DNA of 63,875 bases, counting the filler, from Atractiella rhizophila (taxonomy: Eukaryota), in NCBI GenBank assembly GCA_021432655.1. It is 7 parts of 7 records of this genome, joined end to end, with 100 filler letters (N's around TTAATTAATTAA, not from the genome) between each part and the next. Parts side by side here need not be neighbours in the genome. Positions count along the whole stretch, not along the records: positions 62,397 to 63,875 come from MU272028.1; 6 more parts are not named here. One strand, 5' to 3'. Each line of letters begins with the position of its first letter. Position 1 is the stretch's first letter. Both the position numbers and the translations under genes were made by a program. Under the pieces are notes generated by a model. That model had not been told where the DNA came from. It saw nothing but the letters and a program-made list of their open reading frames with translations, and did not search any database. Shown in pieces: positions 62,441-63,875 of the stretch.

Positions 62441-63875
62441 TTAGTGCAATTGGCTAAATCCAGCAGTTTGGCAGCTTCCCAGTGCCTCTTGCCAGGCAGG
62501 ATTGGACAGGAATTTTCCGAGGACAGAGACAGTGTGGGCGATGGTGTGAGGACAGTCTTGCTTCGATAAACCGTGGCCAACACTGAGGGGAGTGAGCACA
62601 GGCTTGCAGCTATCCATCTTCTGTCGAAAGAGAAGGTCCTTAACGTATTGCTCCTGATCCAACCACATCTTCTTCTGCTTCCTATCCCGCCTAATCCTCA
62701 CTCCAAGCAAAAATTCCGTGGCTCCAAGGTCCCTCAGCTTGAATCTCTTTCCTAACTCCTTCTTGAACTCCGCCACAGCGCTTCTGGACGTGCTAGCAAT
62801 CGTTATATCGTCCACAAAAACTGGGACGATCACCTTGACTTCACCATTCGAGTAGATCCAGAGACTGCTGTCACACTTGACCTTGGTGAAGCCCATGGAC
62901 ACGAGCTCCCTGTCCAGTTTCTTCTGCCATTGACGTCCTCCTTGCCTGGTGCCATAGATTGCTTTGAGGAGTTTGAGAGCGTATTCTGGAGGACCTTGAG
63001 GGTGACCTTCTGGCTGCTTGGCATAGACTTCTGCATCCATTTCTCCATTCAAGAAAGCGGTTGAGATGTCCACTGATTCCAGTTCCATGTCCAGGACACA
63101 GGCAAGCGAAAGAATGGTTCTGAGAGTGGCCCATTTGACTGTGGAAGCAAAGGTATCGAAGAAGTCGAATCCAGGACGCTGGGAGAAGCCCTTGATGACG
63201 AATCTAGCCTTATAACGCTCAATTGAGCCATCAGACTTCTTCTTGATAGCAAACACCCATCTGGATCCAATGACCTTTGCTCCCTTTGGTGGCTTTACCA
63301 GCACCCAACTCTTGTTGTCCAAGTGCGCTTGAACCTCCTTCACCGTCGCCTCATGCCATTGTTTCGCCTCTGGAGTCTTCATGGCTTCTGCATATGTCTT
63401 GGGGATGTGATCCTGCGCTCCTGTAGCCATGGCCTGTTCAGTAACATCCATAAAACCACACTCCAATGCTTCAGGCTCCGTAATAATCCAACAATCCTTA
63501 GCCAGCATTGCCAACTCGTCCTCAGAGCTCTCCTCCTGTGGTTGGGGCAGCTTAGGTGCCTTCCAGAACTCGACTAGTGGTCTCCTCTGTCGTTCAGGAT
63601 AGCGTCTTTCGACTGGTGGAGGAGCTGCAGGGGCAGGAATAGCGAGAGGAGGCGTCATTTGGAGAGGATCAGGCGATTCTGTCTGTCTTCCCACCATCAT
63701 TAGTCCAGTCCAAGGGTCTCTCTGAGGAACAAGACGTAGTGGGGGTGTTACTGGCCGCTCTGGAGCAGCCTGTGGCCTGTCTGGTGCTTCTTCCCTCTCT
63801 TGCTCCACTTCCTGATCTTCTCCTTCGTCCCTTAATCCTTCAAAACGATTTGGGGACTCCACCCTGAGTCTCTCC
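62441..63875 (-). mobile_element. Ty1/copia LTR retrotransposon pol fragment (reverse transcriptase), decayed
   Basis: PKTYAEAM, SRWVFAIK..RYKARFV, VDISTAFLNG, KAIYGTRQ, VFVDD, DLG..FLLGVRI. Internal deletion and frameshift before RNase H. Confidence 0.95.

Noticed and set aside
1..63875. CRISPR arrays, rRNA genes, spliceosomal snRNAs, prokaryotic systems
   Set aside because: No regularly spaced repeats or diagnostic motifs seen; the sequence is spliced eukaryotic DNA.

Overview
Draft-assembly window of an intron-dense fungus, probably a basidiomycete and possibly Pucciniomycotina (inferred from 45-75 nt GT-AG introns, microexons and gene content). It is seven contigs joined by artificial 100-nt linkers (44 N + TTAATTAATTAA + 44 N). 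Several genes are cut at these linkers, so adjacency across them is not biological. Recognisable genes: a methyltransferase 3' end, a Pil1-like BAR protein, two aldehyde dehydrogenases, DPH5, a bestrophin-family channel, two P450s, an SDR, ERV2, an F-box protein, an EcKinase-like kinase, VMA3, MAS1, maltose O-acetyltransferase, two Zn2Cys6-type factors, DBP4, eIF3d, SEC14 and a decayed Ty1/copia pol. Most notable observations: (1) a tandem pair of uncharacterised ~1200-aa membrane-protein genes, each built of two homologous modules, with lesions in opposite modules and a conserved upstream element; (2) oversized introns that look structured, including an H/ACA snoRNA candidate in DBP4 intron 1 and a switch-like intron between the BAR domain and tail of the Pil1-like gene; (3) microexons down to 4 nt. 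Gene models were spliced by eye and no database search was run.
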